DNA of 18,507 nt from a virus (lineage: Duplodnaviria; Heunggongvirae; Uroviricota; Caudoviricetes), in IMG/VR virus record IMGVR_UViG_2778261154_000007, positions 1-18,507 of that record; one strand, written 5' to 3'. The notes under the pieces are model-generated. The model saw only the letters and a list, made by a program, of their open reading frames with translations. It was not told where the DNA came from and searched no databases. The translations under genes and the position numbers were made by a program. Shown here piece by piece: positions 17,332 through 18,507 of this stretch (its first letter is position 1; each line of letters begins with the position of its first letter).

Positions 17332-17628
17332 ATGGTTCGTGCAAACAAACGCAACGAGGCTCTACGAATCGAGAGTGCGTTGCTTAACAAAATCGCAATG
17401 CTTGGAACTGAGAAGACAGCGGAAGCTGTGGGAGTTGATAAGTCGCAGATCAGCAGGTGGAAGAGGGATTGGATTCCAAAGTTCTCAATGCTGCTTGCTG
17501 TTCTTGAATGGGGCGTCGTTGACGACGATATGGCTCGATTGGCACGACAAGTTGCTTCGATTCTCACCAATAAAAAACGCCCGGTGTGCAAGACCGAGCG
17601 TTCTGATCAAATACAGATGGAATTCTGA
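17332..17628 (+). CDS. cII: CII transcriptional activator (98 aa)
   Basis: Start at ATG 17332 (RBS TAAGGA), not the track start 17272; MVRANKRNEALRIESALLNKIAMLGTEKTAEAVGVDKSQISRWKRDWIPKFSMLLAVLEWGVVDDDMARLARQVA... matches lambda CII. Confidence 0.9.
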   Translation: MVRANKRNEALRIESALLNKIAMLGTEKTAEAVGVDKSQISRWKRDWIPKFSMLLAVLEWGVVDDDMARLARQVASILTNKKRPVCKTERSDQIQMEF

Positions 17629-17660
17629 GGGAATTACTGGATCAATCCACAGGAGTCATT

Positions 17661-18419
17661 ATGACAAATACAGCAAAAATACTCAACTTCGGCAGAGGTA
17701 ACTTTGCCGAACAGGAGCTAAGAGTGGCTGATATCGATGATGGTTACACCAGATTCGCTAACGAGCTGCTGGAAGCTATCGCAAGTGCCGATTTAACCGC
17801 TCGCCAGTTGAAAGTTATGCTGGCCTACGTCCGGAAAACATATGGATTCAATAAGAAAACAGATCGAATAGCCGATGAGCAAATTGCTCAGTTAACAGGA
17901 CTATCAAGGCAGAATGTTAACAAGGCTAAAAAAGAACTGATTTCAATGAATTGCCTGTTTATGGATGGAAATCAAATCGGTGTAAACAGGGAGGTATCTG
18001 CGTGGCAATTCAGCAAGTGTCTCCAAGTTAGCAACTTTGTCTCGAAGTTAGAGACAAAAAATGTCTCCAAATTAGAGACACTCAATGTCTCGAAGTTAGA
18101 GACACACAAAAGACATTCTTTAAAGACAAAAGAAAATATTAATAAACCCCCTATATCCCCCAAAAAAGTTTCTCAGAAGTTCGACCCGCTAGAAACAGAG
18201 TTGCCTGATTGGTTATCAGCAGAAACATGGTTGTCGTGGGTTACCTATCGCAAGGAGATAGGTAAGTCGATCAAGTCTAAGCAAAGCGTCACTCAGGCTA
18301 TCAACGTTCTAAGCAGAAGTCTGGAGAAGGGATATACACCTGAAGAAATTATAAACCAGAGCATCGCCAGTGGTTGGCAGGGGATTTTTGAGCCCAAGAC
18401 TCCAAAGGGGAAATCTTGA
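17661..18419 (+). CDS. O: Replication initiator O-like protein (252 aa) with lambda-like N terminus and divergent iteron-binding and C-terminal regions
   Basis: N terminus MTNTAKILNFGRGNFAEQE resembles lambda O; 33-nt spacing from cII as in lambda; the gene contains the iteron array; shorter than lambda O (about 299 aa as I recall). Confidence 0.75.
   Translation: MTNTAKILNFGRGNFAEQELRVADIDDGYTRFANELLEAIASADLTARQLKVMLAYVRKTYGFNKKTDRIADEQIAQLTGLSRQNVNKAKKELISMNCLFMDGNQIGVNREVSAWQFSKCLQVSNFVSKLETKNVSKLETLNVSKLETHKRHSLKTKENINKPPISPKKVSQKFDPLETELPDWLSAETWLSWVTYRKEIGKSIKSKQSVTQAINVLSRSLEKGYTPEEIINQSIASGWQGIFEPKTPKGKS
18018..18150. repeat. Replication origin iterons inside O: four ~19-bp repeats TGTCTC(C/G)AA(G/A)TTAGAGACA plus an AT-rich tract
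   Basis: Repeats at 18018-18035 (degenerate), 18038-18056, 18062-18080, 18086-18104 with 24-bp periodicity; each is an inverted repeat TGTCTC...GAGACA; AT-rich 18120-18145. Confidence 0.7.
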
Positions 18420-18507
18420 ACCGCCCCGGGTTTCCTGGAGAGTGTTTTATCTGTGAACTCAGGCTGCCAGATCATCGTTTCCGATGGAAGCATAATAAGC
18501 TTTTTCT

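Noticed and set aside
18018-18104. Tandem ~19-bp repeats with 24-bp periodicity that could be mistaken for a CRISPR array
   Set aside because: Only four copies, each internally palindromic, located inside the O coding region and followed by an AT-rich tract; this is the architecture of a lambdoid replication origin (iterons), not CRISPR repeat-spacer units.

Overview
The window spans a chromosome/prophage junction of an enterobacterial (E. coli-like) genome. Left ~6.3 kb is host backbone: the 3' part of a PrpF-family gene (ybhH-like), a DASS-family transporter (ybhI-like), an aconitase-family hydratase (ybhJ-like), a REP/BIME cluster, and a lipoprotein of the pectinesterase-like family (ybhC-like, minus strand). 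At 6351-6365 sits the phage lambda attachment core GCTTTTTTATACTAA, followed by a P' arm and a mosaic lambdoid prophage running to the window end. The prophage keeps lambda-type int/xis and a lambda-type immunity region (N, nutL, oL/pL, cI, oR, cro, nutR, cII, and cIII/kil), all read directly from the translations and operator sequences. It differs in three places: (1) the Red recombination genes are replaced by a Sak4-like P-loop ATPase plus a translationally coupled partner; (2) the N-cIII interval holds a 207-aa protein of unknown function; (3) the rexA/rexB position between cI and pL holds a 276-aa soluble protein plus a 145-aa four-helix membrane protein that appear to be a divergent Rex-like exclusion pair. 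The replication gene O has a lambda-like N terminus but different internal iterons (TGTCTC-N7-GAGACA) and a different C terminus. No rRNA, tRNA or CRISPR array is present. All family assignments are from reading the translations and recalled motifs; no database search was run.
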